From the NCBI GenBank assembly GCA_964057225.1, contig OZ059895.1:15500001-15564000 (forward strand): a stretch of 64,000 nucleotides of DNA. The letters are read 5' to 3'. The stretch is from Auanema rhodensis (Eukaryota > Animalia > Nematoda). Of this stretch, positions 50,101 through 63,062 are shown piece after piece. The translations under genes and the position numbers were made by a program. The notes beneath the pieces are model-generated. The model ran no database searches and had not been told where the DNA came from. It saw only the letters and a program-made list of their open reading frames with translations. How positions within the stretch are numbered: position 1 is the stretch's first letter; every line of letters starts with the position of its first letter.

Positions 50101-53100
50101 GACATCATCCCTATGAAGCTTTGGGACCTAGTTTTTGGATTGGACTCAGCTTCCTCAGCAATTCCTTTTTCTCATACTTTGAAATCAAATGAAGGGGTCT
50201 CTCTCACTTTCTTACTATTCGTTTTCGTTCTTATTTTCTCTCACTATCTCTCTTTGCAAAGTTGAATTTGTTATTTAGCGCTGTGCAAGATTCATAACTT
50301 TAGATACTTAAATCGCCACTAAGATGTGTTATAGCGTTCATTCCGACTTCTTGCATTGAGCATCTCGATCAAGAACGTTTAAGAATCTTTCATTTATCTT
50401 AATGATTCGAATAACTAAGCTCATCCACATTTGGTGGGCTGGGTTGGAGAAGCCTCATTAAAGCAGACTGCCCCGAATAACTATTTTCATTGATTGTTGT
50501 CCTTACCCTTTTCGTATATGTAGGTTCTACTATATTTATTCGAGTGGAATCAAATTAAAACTAGATTTTTCTTTTGCTTTTCCAACTTTCGGATGAATAG
50601 CTTAATATCATCTCCATTTTATATCCCATCTATCATTTGACTATCTTTCATTTTCTTTGATGATTGTTTCGCTATGAAGTTATTCTGCATGTTCGAGAAC
50701 TATTAAAAACGCTCTACTTTATTACGAATAGAGTCAGAAAAATGTGCATCGAAAGCTCACATCATTCATATTCACATTTCTGAACTATTGAACTATTTGC
50801 TCTAACTTTATCATCTTGTCCTATTAATTAGTCATACTCTTTTAATATTTCGATATGGTTCTCGTATGCTCTAATATGCTTTATGGACTCTATGTTTCAG
50901 TCCGTATATAATGCCAACTGTTGGTGTAGTCCCATTATCTCATAAAGGTCGCTCCTCTTCATGGGGCGATGCCCATCATCAATCTGCAGCTTCTAACACG
51001 TATAATATTGCTAATGGTCTTTCCCGGTTTCATAAGGCATCAGCATTTCTGCCTGGATTTGTTGTCGAAGGCTTTCATGGTTTATTTTTGTTTAAAATAG
51101 TGAAAAAAATAAATATATACATCGAATGCTAGCTTGGCAGCAGCCCAGTCAGATCTAATCAAACTTATACTAGTATTGGGAACAACCACATTGAACTTTT
51201 TTTCAGCACAGCTAGATGAAAATGGGTTCGACTTTGTGCAAGCCTGCCTTTCTTCCCTGGAAGAACGAGGTATGAATTTTTACTGCGTTTAGTCTCTGGA
51301 ACTATAATTTCAGGAATTCGGGAACAAGGATTATATCGAAATTGTGGTGTTACCTCTAAAGTGCAGAAGCTGATGCAACTGGGTCTTGATAAGCGGAAAT
51401 CGAGTGGAGAAAAACTGAACTTGAGAGATGAATCAGAATGGGAGACTAAAACCATAAGTAGTGCTGTTAAAACATATTTACGGTTTGCTACGACGTTTCC
51501 CGTGTGTAATAAAGGAAATGCTGTTCAGAAATTTACCGGAACCTTTGATGACGTTCGATTTGCATAATTTGTTTATCAATGCTGCTAAGATGGATGACAA
51601 GAAAACTCGAATAGATCATATCCACTACTACGTCTATCAGCTGCCTTTGAATCATAAAAGAATGCTCGAGATTGTTGTACGACATTTGAAACGGTAGGTT
51701 TTAATATAATGAACACTATTCTATGAGCCTCATGCAGGGTTGCTGATAAATGTGATGAAAATTTGATGACTGTTGGAAATTTGGGCGTTTGTTTCGGTCC
51801 AACATTGCTACGCCCAAAAGAAGAAACCATGGCAGCGATCATGGATATCAAATTCTGCAATGTAGTTGTCGAAGTACTTATAGCAAATTGTGAGGTTATC
51901 TTCGATACGGAACCCCCAAAATCGATTGGGCAGCCTTGTCCTCCAAAGCCTGATCATCGGCAAGTACAACACGAGCAAAGTCATCCCGTAACAAACATGT
52001 ATAAGGCTAATGAGAATAATGAATTATTTAAAAATTTATCTATAGATCACGCTTTGATAACGGTCGCACTGCTACTGCCTCGTTGTCAATATCTGGCAGC
52101 CTGGGAAGATCAAGACCAGTTACTAGTTCCCCTGCCATTCAAGTTAGGACTGCTGCTGTAAAGCAGACTGTGCCACAGCTTGTTTCTAATATAGCTCCCG
52201 TATATGACACCGTTCCAGCTGATGGTAAAGGAGCTGTTCATATTTTAGTTTCATTGTTTTTTCTAGCAAAAAAGACGGTTCTTCCTTATTGCCCCGCTAG
52301 TACGTCAGGGATGAATTTGCATTCGGCTGCCTCTTCTGGGACCCAGCGTACTGTTCCGAAAGCACGAGACGATAGCTCCGATTCTTTAAATTCTGTTAAT
52401 AGCAATGGTTCTGAAAGTCCAAAAACCAGTAGCACAGCCTCATCAAAAACAGTTTTAGGCGAGCAGAAAGGTATGTTTACGAGGAATTCTAGATTTAATT
52501 AAACATTTCAGCTAAAATGAGTTCTTCTTATGCGCCATCATATAATCCTTTGGCTTGTGAAAGGTGAGATTTCATTCTAGCTTTAAATTACTGGGAATTG
52601 AATTGAAAATCGCACGATATTATTGTTATTAATATGAAGTGTTTTAACTGAGTTTTGACGTTTAATGTTTTTCTGTTTTGGTATTGAGCACAAGCTAAAA
52701 AAGAGAAATTCTGGAGCAAATATTCTAAGTAGTATAGAGTAAGTTTCTTGGAGTCGATCGTTTGGTTTTCGTGACTGGTACACGCTATTCATGACTTGAA
52801 GCTATTTTTTTTGCAAATGTGGTTGACTGTAGCTCATGCGGTCAAGAATAAGTTTTTTGTAACTTATCTGAATAATAAGCAGATGAAATATAAAAACAAT
52901 CGGTTCCATTGCTTTATTTTAATAACTCAAAAGCAGTGTTTTGAGAATTTATTCAAAACAACAAAGTAACATGTCACCGAAAATATCGTGAATGCTAAAT
53001 GTCTCGTGTTCTTCACTGAAGTCTTGTGTCGTATTGTATATATAGCATGCTTGTTCTGCTTGGAATGCGCAGAATTCGAAATGTGTCGAAAAAAGCTTCT

Positions 53101-53956
53101 TTTTGATTAAATGATTGAATCTCTCTGTAGTAGTCTATCCTATAATAGTACCTTTGGCTGTGAAGTTTCAGTGTACATCGCGTTCCTACGGTACCTCTTG
53201 GGGTATCGCAACTGGATTCTATGATGCAAGCAAGAGCTACTCCTATGTATTCTTCATTTGTAAATTCTAATCTTCAGCCAAGGTTTGTGTTTTTCTTCAA
53301 TATACTTTCCATCTATCCATCTATCTTACCTTACCTTTTCCCAAAATTGAATTGTTACTTTTACCACAACGAAGCTGTGTATATGTTTCATTTTTCTAAT
53401 TAGATTTTCTGATGATAGTGCAGTCATTGCATGAGTTTTAATATCTTTTCCCGATGATTTAGTTAGAATTCTTCCACACATTGATTATGTATATGTTTCA
53501 ACACGACACCTAAAGCCAACAATCTGTATTTCACTAGATAGATCTCCGTTTGTACTAGCACGCGAGACTTTTCCTAAACTTAATTGCATGTGTATGTGTT
53601 TCAAAATATACAAAATCCGGTGAAAGTTGCGCTTAACATATACTTACATTAAACTTGATTTATCACAAAACTAAACAAAATAAACTAAACGCTATGTTCT
53701 ATTCTTTTTCACCATCTCATTGGTTTTTCAGTCGAAGGGTGAAAACGTTGTACGCTTGCACTCCGGATCACGAATCTGAGCTATGTTTCCAGCCTGGTCA
53801 AATTATAACTAATGGTACTATTACGATAGCTGAAGCTGGAAACCATATCAACATCTATTTTCAGTATATGAATCGAAAGAGGAGGGCTGGCTGGTTGGAA
53901 CACTGAACGGCAAAACCGGATTAATTCCTTCCAATTATGTAGAGCCTTTACCATAG
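44166..53956 (+). CDS. GRAF/oligophrenin-family RhoGAP (BAR-PH-RhoGAP-SH3)
   Basis: N-terminus MGLKPLEFSDCISDSPWFRQNL is typical of GRAF/OPHN1. BAR exons ~45495-46517; PH (IKQGYMYMQEK...DSIDKRFCFDV...FQALSEEDRRQWLDAMDG) ~46562-47219; GAP (EQGLYRNCG, NLPEPLMT, NLMTVGNLGVCFGPTL) ~51209-51900; SH3 (VKTLYAC...EGWLVGTLNGKTGLIPSNYVEPLP*) 53732-53956. Confidence 0.93.
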
Positions 53957-53965
53957 GTTAAAACT

Positions 53966-54056
53966 CCACACACATTATACACACGACACACACACACGCG
54001 CACACCCACACACACCCCCACCCACCTTCTCTCACACACATACACACATACATATG
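53966..54056 (+). repeat. Imperfect (CA)n tract in the RhoGAP 3' UTR
   Basis: CA-rich run directly after the stop codon. Confidence 0.8.
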
Positions 54057-54823
54057 TGCTGCTGGTATTTTTAAATTTTCCGTCTCATACTGATCCACTA
54101 TGTGATCGTCATCATATTTGTAAGATAAATTATTTATTTCGCTTATTTAAATTGCATGCTTTTGCTAATTCCATCACCATCTCTTCACTAAATTATATAA
54201 TATATATATATTTTTTTTTATTTAAATGACAATATTCTCTCTTCCAGGTTTCTTTTTTGAGATTGTTGCCCGATACTTTCAGTTTATTATTATTACTTCC
54301 AATTTTTTGGCCTATTTATTTTTTTTGTCTTATTGTGTAAGACAACACAAGTTCATTACCCCTCCCGGTATGCAGATTATGCACCCCGATTGTGCTTAGT
54401 TTTATTCGTTTTTTTTAAACGGCGAAGTTTATATTGTATAGAAATTTATTTTCATGTCAGTCTATCAATGTGCCAATCGTCATTTTCGTTTTCCGATTTT
54501 CACATACTCGTGAGCAATTACAGGTTGAAGATCCTCTGTTTTGGGTTATTTGATTGAATTTCCTTGAAATTGTCTCGTAGATGTAATCCTCCGTCCTTCT
54601 CTACTATCCATCCATACATCCACCCACCCATCACAACCACAAACCAATATTCTACGCTTTTAGTCCCGTCTTTTTGACTTAAAACTGTCTATTGTACCTG
54701 TACATCCAACAACAGATTTATTGATTTATATTATTTAAAAATGTATAAAAATCTTTAAAGTTCTGTAACAAATATAATAATATAACAACGAATAAGTGAT
54801 GGCATGACGGTTATTAGATCTGG

Positions 54824-56536
54824 TTACCAGTCTAATTTCTGAGATATATTTGTATCTATGATGTGGTAATCTGTATAAATAAGTTGTTTAAAGTTAGGAT
54901 TGAGCTGACTCCACTCATCGAAAACACGTCTGAAAACATTGAAATTATACACAGAAAACAAAAGAACATAATGAAAAACATACTTGAACTCCAGTTGCAT
55001 CTCGTCTTGTAAGCTCCCATAGATCTCTTCAACTTTTTTCAGAAGCGACTCACGCTCAGCTGTTGTTTCTGCTCTAACTTGCCCGCCTCCATTTGCACAA
55101 CCTGAAGAACACAAAGTGCTTACTACAGTTATTCCAACAAAAACATACCATTGGGACATGCCATAACTTCTATGAAATCATACGTGCATTTCCCTGATTT
55201 CATTTTTCGCACAACGTTTTGAATATTTCGAAAACCATAACATTGGGCAATTCGGAATGTTCTATGCTCAGAAACTATTTCAATAACATCCAAGTTTTTC
55301 GCTCTAAAATAAATGTTGAATAGTTTCAAAAAATGAGCTTTAATCATACACTCGGGATGAATTTACAGTGCCGCCATGCAGCGACAATAAGCTTTGGGCT
55401 ATCAGTTCAGCATATCCGCCTGATGTACCGCCCGTTCCTCCAATCACGTGACCTAAAATAGCAATGTTGTATTGACTCAAAATCAGAATAACAACCTAAA
55501 GAAAAGGCTGAAAGCCAGCCTTCGTGAGACATATTTACTGGTTCATAAGTAGCCGGTAATGCACTTTCCAATTCAGCTGAAATCAGAAACGCATGAGAAG
55601 TAACGAATAAGTTTCATCAACCTGTGCTAAGAACACAGTCCGTTTCACGAAGACTTGTTCCGGGAACATAAAAGTCGGTACGAGAAGCTTCTAATTTCTT
55701 GTCGAAACAAGGCATAACACTTAAGTGATATACGTGCTCAGAATTCAAATTAAGACGTCGCGCAAGAAAATCTTTTACTAATGCTCCTTGTATAGCTTGC
55801 GGAGAGCTGCAAAATGGCCAAACAATTGGTGATGAATAGCAATTACTTACCGAACTTTACTAATTAGAGGTGTCAGTAATGGTCCATGAGTTTTCTCAGC
55901 GTAACATACAAATCCTGGGCAAGCTGAAGACAACATAGGTCGAATAGAAGATGATAGAAATTCTTCTTTCTGCGCTTCTAATGAGAATATTCGACCAAAT
56001 GATGAATCAAGTACATATTTAAATCCTAAATTCAAAATTAATTTGAAAATTTGTGCCTAATTTACCCAAATTCAAAAAATATGTTGATATAAGCTTTGCT
56101 GCTTCACTTGGATGTAATTGTCGTTTAGCAGCAATCGAACATACTGTTTGAGGGCTGATGGTTGCAACGCAAAACTGGAAATTCTTAACAGCTTCAAGCA
56201 CTCTAAATTATGTTCAAAATTATGAAAATATTGTGATCAGCTAATAGAAAACCTTGCCAATGATTGTTCCTCCACAAGCACAGTTTCAGCACTTGTGATA
56301 CATCCATTACAGGCTAAACAGTCATTTAAAGATATTTTAACAACATTCTATAAAACTTATAAAACAATTAATCAATTATTATACATGAATATACCTTTTT
56401 CTCTTTCGGTTTATCAATTGTAGCATCTTTAATACGAATACCAACTAATGGTTCCTCTGTTGGAGCTGCCGTTTTAGTTGTTTCAAGAGGGATTATACAA
56501 TTCTATAATTTTCAAATATAAGGAAAAAGATCAGAG

Positions 56537-56575
<39 letters not shown>

Positions 56576-56643
56576 AAATTAGGAGCGATAAAGTCGCTAA
56601 TATTAGTTAATCGTACAACACCACTGAATCCTTCATTCTCCAT
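54824..56643 (-). CDS. oxy-4: Cytosolic Fe-S assembly factor Nar1/NARFL ([FeFe]-hydrogenase-like)
   Basis: [104 protein letters not shown], ending LDW*. Confidence 0.94.
56539..56573. repeat. (AT)17 microsatellite at the 5' end of oxy-4 intron 1
   Basis: Perfect AT run starting at the GT donor (minus strand, 56574-56573). Confidence 0.9.
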
Positions 56644-57532
56644 TTCTGCACAAGGAAAAACATTCAAAAATATATTATAATTCACGAATAATTAAGGTTA
56701 AAAACCTAATTAACAGAGATTTTCACTAGGCAATATGAGATTTATATCGAATTATCACAGAAAATAAATAAATAACTTGTAAATTTAAATCATTCTCCTA
56801 TGAATATAGACGAGGCAGCATCGTCCAAATATCTTAAGCATTTTACATTTAATATTTTTAAGAAAGAGCTTAGCTTACTTCGATTTTAATTCTGTACCAA
56901 ATGTGTAAAATGGATTAGAAATAGCGTTACAGTACTGTGATTGAAATTTTCTGAATATTCCTCTGACTTCTTGATCTTTCAGGCTCATATTATTAAGTTC
57001 AAGCACAAGAATCATTTTAATATGTGTGTTGGACATAAAGCCAAACGACTAGAAGTTAAAAAACGTTTTTTTTCAATATTAGCAAACCGACCTTAAACTT
57101 TTGGTCACTATATAGATGTCCTAGAAACATTTCATTAACTTTTTGTGATTTTTCATCAACAATATCCATTGAACACATTACAAAAAGTTCGATTTCATAT
57201 TCAAATTTTTTCCATTTATCGTTTACAGCGCTGTATAAGCGTGAATTCTTAAAAATACGATTTTATCAATTTTGATGTACAAAACTCACATCTTTTCCAA
57301 AAATTACGAATGCGACAGCATTGGCCATAACTTTTTAACAGAGAGACACTTTAGTTATTGGATATAGCAGATTATGTTAACAGGCTATGACCCATTCGTA
57401 TTTGTGTGTGCTCCAGTGCGAAAACATCGCTGCGGTTATATCGACATGCTGCTAATACGCCCGCTTCAGTTTATAACTTTCGAATAATTTTTTTTGCTTT
57501 ATTTAATAAATTATTTTTTTTCATATTTTTAG

Positions 57533-58256
57533 ATGTCTACAGTAGTTTCCCAAGTTAGTGTTAATAACGAAAAACCTATTGATAGAGAGAAGGTAGGTTA
57601 AAAAAAATTTAAAACTAATAAAGCGTCATTTTTAAAATATTTTTGCAGGTTTGTCCATTGTTGCTTCGTGTATTTTGCGCCAATGGCAGACACAATGCTC
57701 TGCAAGATTATGGAAGAGGTAGTACCCCAGCTAATGAGCTTCAAATGTATACGTGGTAAGCTTCATATGAGCACGGGATTAAAAAAATATTGATTATAGG
57801 ATGGATTGCACCTTGAGAGAGCTGACCTCGCTTATTAAGGAAGTCAATCCTGAAGCACGCCGTAGAGGAACCAATTTTGATTTTGCTATTGGTATTCAAT
57901 AATTCATTTAAATAGTTTAATGTGTTTTTTTAGTTACCCCTGATAAGAATTATCCACGGTTTCATTTGAGAACTATTGGTATCACCACTAACGGACAGAG
58001 AGGAGTCGATGATGGAAAAACGGTATTTTGTGTTGTTTCCTCGTTTTTTCAACTAAATACTTCAGCTTCAAATGTGTAAATTTGATGTTGGAGATTTCAT
58101 TGATGTAGCTATCTCGATGCCTGGAGCTGGCGGTATGGGTCAGCGTCGGTATGTATTTTGAATATATTTCTTTGCTAAAGTATCATTTTCAGCTTCAGTA
58201 ACTTCAATTATGATCGCGACAGACGGCAGGGAAGTCCTAACAGGGATAGACGTTAA
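57533..58256 (+). CDS. sap-18: Sin3-associated protein SAP18
   Basis: Six exons give IDREKVCPLLLRVF...NELQMYTWMDCTLRELTSLIKEVNPEARRRGT...DDGKTLQMCKFDVGDFIDVAISMP with an RD-rich tail. Stop at 58254-58256. Confidence 0.94.
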
Positions 58257-58473
58257 TTTCAGTTAAAATTCACTTGTTGATAATTTATGAAAACCACTTT
58301 TTTTGTTAAACTTGTTGTCGTGGTCTATGGTCTCATTATACTTCAATCTTTGATAAATTAAATTAACGTTGTTTTATTCAGTTTGTATATTGGTTATAAT
58401 CCAATGTTTTTACCTTGCTAACTCATTTTCACTTCCTTTTTTACTTTTTTTTTGCAGTAATTTTCATGGACTA

Positions 58474-60776
58474 ATGTCTGTACTAGAGTTGTTGACCTCG
58501 ATGGAGATCGAAGGTGTGGGGCAGGAGGTTTGAAATTATTACGAAATATATGTAAAAACAACATGTACGGTCTTGTAGATTGTATCCTCCGTGGTACTGA
58601 TAGGATGCTATTCGGTCATCCTGCTCCTAACTTATATGGCTTGGAAGTCAACTGCCCGGAGGCCACTGGATTACGAAGTTTTCCTGGTAGAAATGCATAC
58701 CTTAGCTAATAGAAGGGTTGTTGAGGTATACCCATTGTTCCATACACATATTTAAATCCTTTTATCAATAGGTATTGCACTTATCGAATGTGTTTCGACC
58801 GCACGATTCGTATTCGAGGCTACTCAGCCGCGTGCGAGGTAATTATTATAAAATTTAATATTAAATTGAGTTCTAAATCTTCAGATCGTGTGCGGAATAG
58901 ACAAGAGCGTGACGGCCAATGGATACGAGTTAGTGATACAAATGTAGTTATCCGTTCCCCTAGTACCGTTGGTAGAACGGATTTTCCAAGTTCCGCCAGG
59001 TTTGGTCTTGGTTTCTTCTCTGCTCATATATACTTATATCTTTCAGCACCGAAGTAACTCAAGAAGAACCTTTAACGCTTTTTGAAATTGAGTTACCTGC
59101 TACTGATAGTTCAGTTCAAAATGATCAGAGTCATGATAGTCAAGTTGCAGCAGCAGCAGCTATTGCTGTTTTAGGAAGAGGGTAAAATCTAATACCCCGT
59201 ATTCTTTATTGATTATTATTTTTCAGCGATGGAAGCGAACAACGGGTTACTGTTCAAGCAATTGAAGCTCGTCCTGAATTGAACTTTAGTGATTTACATC
59301 ATCTTAGTATGAACTTATTAGTTCCATCACGTAGAGGCGTATTACAGGTTTGATGATTCCGTTTTATTTTCATACTGTTTCTATTCTAGTTACCAAGCAT
59401 GAGAGTATCGGCTTCTCTCTTCACCCGAGAGAATGTTGCTCCTGTTACTGTGGAGAGCATGATAACTACTAACCGTTACCCTTCCACTGCGCCACCGGAA
59501 ACGCCTGAAGTGGAAGAAGCAGAATCGTCCTCTTCGGAGGAACCAGAATCGATATCACCTATACCTACAACGCCTATAGAAACTGAAATTAATGAATCAT
59601 TGGGTATGATTGATCTAAGTCTATATTCTGTATTTCAACATGTTTCAGCGTCTGAAACTGAAGTTCCTGCGGATCCAGAAACTTCCCCCAACCCACCAAT
59701 ACCAGAAACTAGTCAAAGTGAGCTGGCTCTCATTCGGCTCAAATTTTTGGATGATACCCTAATCGAAACTAGAACAAGTTTAAATGTTACAATTGCTCAG
59801 TTCAGACAGTAAGTTGAATTACTTTTAGCATCTAATTGTTTTTATTGTTTTTAGAACTAATTTTGCTACCGCTGTCGCAGATAATAAAGTAATTCGCTTA
59901 ATATTTCAAGGACAACTTTTGAGAGATGATATTCGAACTCTAAATTCATATGGAATACAGGATGGTAGTGTTATTCATTGTAATATAAGTGACACCCCTT
60001 ATGCTAGACCCATACTCACTGAGGTAATTTCTCCTAGTTTCTTCTTTTCTCATGAGTTTTTCTATAGAATTCAATCAATCAGTTTGAATCTAGCGTAGAT
60101 GGACATACTTCAAGCTCTGCTCAATTACCTCATATGCCGAGAATGACATCAAATAATGAAGCAGATGATAATACATCAAGTAAGAGAATTTCGAGTAGTA
60201 TTGTTCTCATAGTTATTTATTTTTAGTATCTGCAAGTCGTCTTTTCACAGATATTCTTTCAACCGGGTTCACATCTGTTCCTCCTAGTTTTATTCTGTGG
60301 ATACATAACTCTTTGAGAAGTGTTGAACCAGTCATACGTCCTTCCGGCGCACCAAACTTTTGGGCTCAAACATATCAGACGTGCGTTTGTATTTCCTACA
60401 TAATCACATAATTGCAATATTTACAGTTTATATAATCAATATTTGAGACCTATAATTCCTTCGGATGAAAATCCTCACATTATGGAAGCAATTGCGAGAG
60501 CTATAGCTTCACGTCCTCAGACTCGTTTCTGTATTGGGGACTATCTAGTATTGATATTCGGAGGTTTGTGATTGACATTTTGAATGATTTAGCATGTTAT
60601 CTGTTCTTTTAGTGCAATGTGCTCTTATTTGGGCATATGTGTATTTTTTCCCTCAACTGTGTGATAGAACAGCTATTGGTCTCTTAGTACTACTAACACT
60701 TTATTTCGTTTTTGTGGTGTTACGGAACAGTGATCCAGTTGCTCAGAATCGGGCTAGAGCAAATCAGAGAAGCTGA
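58474..60776 (+). CDS. Transmembrane and ubiquitin-like domain protein (TMUB-like)
   Basis: N-terminal IEGVGQE plus a TM segment ending AWKST. Ubiquitin-like domain IRLKFLDDT...IRLIFQGQLLRDDIRTLNSYGIQDGSVIHCNIS and two C-terminal TM segments. Stop at 60774-60776. Confidence 0.85.
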
Positions 60777-61351
60777 TTGTCATATCTTCTTTATTAATGT
60801 ATTCTCAAACCAGAAATAGTCCGTTGAAGAGTTTTTTCTATATTGTATATAAGGTCTAAGTTTATTTCTTGCCATATTCTACAGATAAGACCTTTTTCAC
60901 TTTGCAAGGGTTGTGCTACTCTGTGATATAAGATTTATGAAAAACACTAAGCAATTTGACAGCGGTGGCAATAGTATTGTTTGTAAATTTCCCCGGATTT
61001 GTACATTTTTACTGTTTCCTTCATGATCATAAGCCTACAAGGTAGGCAGACATTTTCTTTAACATTGGAAGACGCTAGTATGTAATACGCTTTCACGAAC
61101 TGGTCCGACTCAATATATCACGCGATATCTTGTTTCACGAGTTCTTTTCTTTCTTTTTTTTTATTTTTTTAAATCCTGTTTGAATAGAAATGCCGTATTA
61201 GCATATTTTTATTGAGATAATGTATAAATTTTAGATTCGACGAAAGAATTTCCTATGACGAAATATAATAATTATGGGAATAATCACATAATAACTTATA
61301 TGATTTTTTTTTGATATTTTTTAAAAGTAAAATTTAAATATTCTTATATTG

Positions 61352-63062
61352 TCATCTTCTTTGTATTCCAAATTGTTCTTCGGCTTTAAGCTTAATCTCA
61401 TTATAGAAACACCTTTTGATGTTCTCGAAGCGATCATAGCATGGGACGTATGAATAATCTAACTTAGTCAATCTGAAATTAAGTTACTAACTTGATAGCA
61501 TAGTCATTCTGTATACTTGTCTGGTCGTTGATCACAGAATGTCAGACACTTTTGCCCAGCTAATGTAGTTGTAACTCCGTTTCGTATACAACACTGCAAG
61601 ATTTAACCTAATTACTTCCGATTTTTCAAAATTGTTGATACCTGTGTATGATCTCTTCCTTGAGCAGCACAGAATTGCATATCAGCGGCAGCTTCTAATG
61701 GACACCCATCAGTTTTGAAATACATTGATTGAAGCTTAAATATTTGAATGAAAGACATGTCATGCAAGGATTTTCGCATTTATGATGCTTGTGATTAGTT
61801 ATGTGAGCTGACGTGCAAAATCATCATTTTGATATTTTTGCCGTGTTGACCGGTTGTGCAACAACAAAAAGTTCAAAATCTTCATGCAGTCCAAGTAAGT
61901 CAGAACGTCTATTTTCGTTTTTGTTTATTTTATTTTGCATTTTGATTTCTCTATGATGGGTTTCCGTTATTTAACTCTTCGTTCTTGTGGGTTGATATAA
62001 TAATAGCCCGAGGCTGCGTAGGTGAGGTAATAGGCGTTGTGTCCAAACTGGACCGGAATGACATAACTTGTGACACTCGGAATTGTTAAAAAAGAAAAAT
62101 ATCTAGTTAGTTAGCTATGAAAGTGAATGTTCCATTAACAGAAAAAAACTTACAGCATCTTTCGTATAGGCGTTGAAATGGCATTTGTTCAAGCAAGCAT
62201 CCGGTAAGCCCCTTTGTTCGCAGCATTGCCGGAAGATGAAATTAGGATTCTGCAAGAGTGACAAGACTGAATATTTTATTCGAAATTTCGATTATTTGCG
62301 TCATCGCTTTTGTATATAAACAGAGAAATGAATAGAAAAATAATGATCAACTTACTGTCATCATAGACAAAGTATGATTGTCAACTTGTGGCCATGGAGC
62401 GTGTTCATCCTCTTCTTCCTCTTCCTGTTCAAATGGATTCTCTTCTTTTCCAGATGAAGCTCCTCGTCTCATGCCAAATATATTGGTCAATGAGCCAGCT
62501 TTAACTTGTGCTTTAGGTTTTTCCTCTTCCTCACCCTCAGATTCAGGTCTAGCAATTGTTGTTATATCCGAAATGAAGATGCCATCCTGAAATTCCATCA
62601 AAGTATTCTGGATTTGAACGGATCTACTGCTTTAAGTTTGTACATAGCATATAGCATGATTCTTGCCAAACACACAGAAAACCACGGAAACTAGTAATTA
62701 TGATTAAACAAGTTTTCGGGATTTTACCGATTTGTTGCTATTGTCCTTGACAACTGGGCAACTATTTCTTTTTTAAAATTTAAAAAATAAGTAAAGAGAA
62801 GTTTTATCCACTTACCACTTTCTGGGTTAATGCTGAACGGGCTCTGTTTCTTGCACAGCCATACTGACCACATGAGTAGCCTGGTTGGCATGTTTGCGGG
62901 TGACATGCTACAGGGGGTGGAGCTGAACAGTAGCCACCACCACCACCGCAAACTCCAGAAGTAGCACACTGTGTGAAATGTGTAATTTTGAAAAAATTCT
63001 GAATTGAAACTTACACTGTAAGCTAAAGGAATTAGAGCAAGAAGAGTAATGTAGCTCAGCAT
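61352..63062 (-). CDS. Secreted DB-module (Cys-rich) protein
   Basis: Signal peptide MLSYITLLALIPLAYS, a Gly/Cys-rich segment and an acidic linker. Then NPNFIFRQCCEQRGLPDACLNKCHFNAYTKDALQSMYFKTDGCPLEAAADMQFCAAQGRDHTQCCIRNGV...KCLTFCDQRP...YVPCYDRFENIKRCF, the Cys pattern of the nematode DB module. Confidence 0.85.

Noticed and set aside
61749-61759. TGAAAGACATG (miR-71 5' end); likewise TGGAATGTA at 29201 (miR-1) and TGAGATCAT at 11060 (bantam/miR-81)
   Set aside because: Only short matches, with divergent 3' halves and no convincing precursor hairpin.
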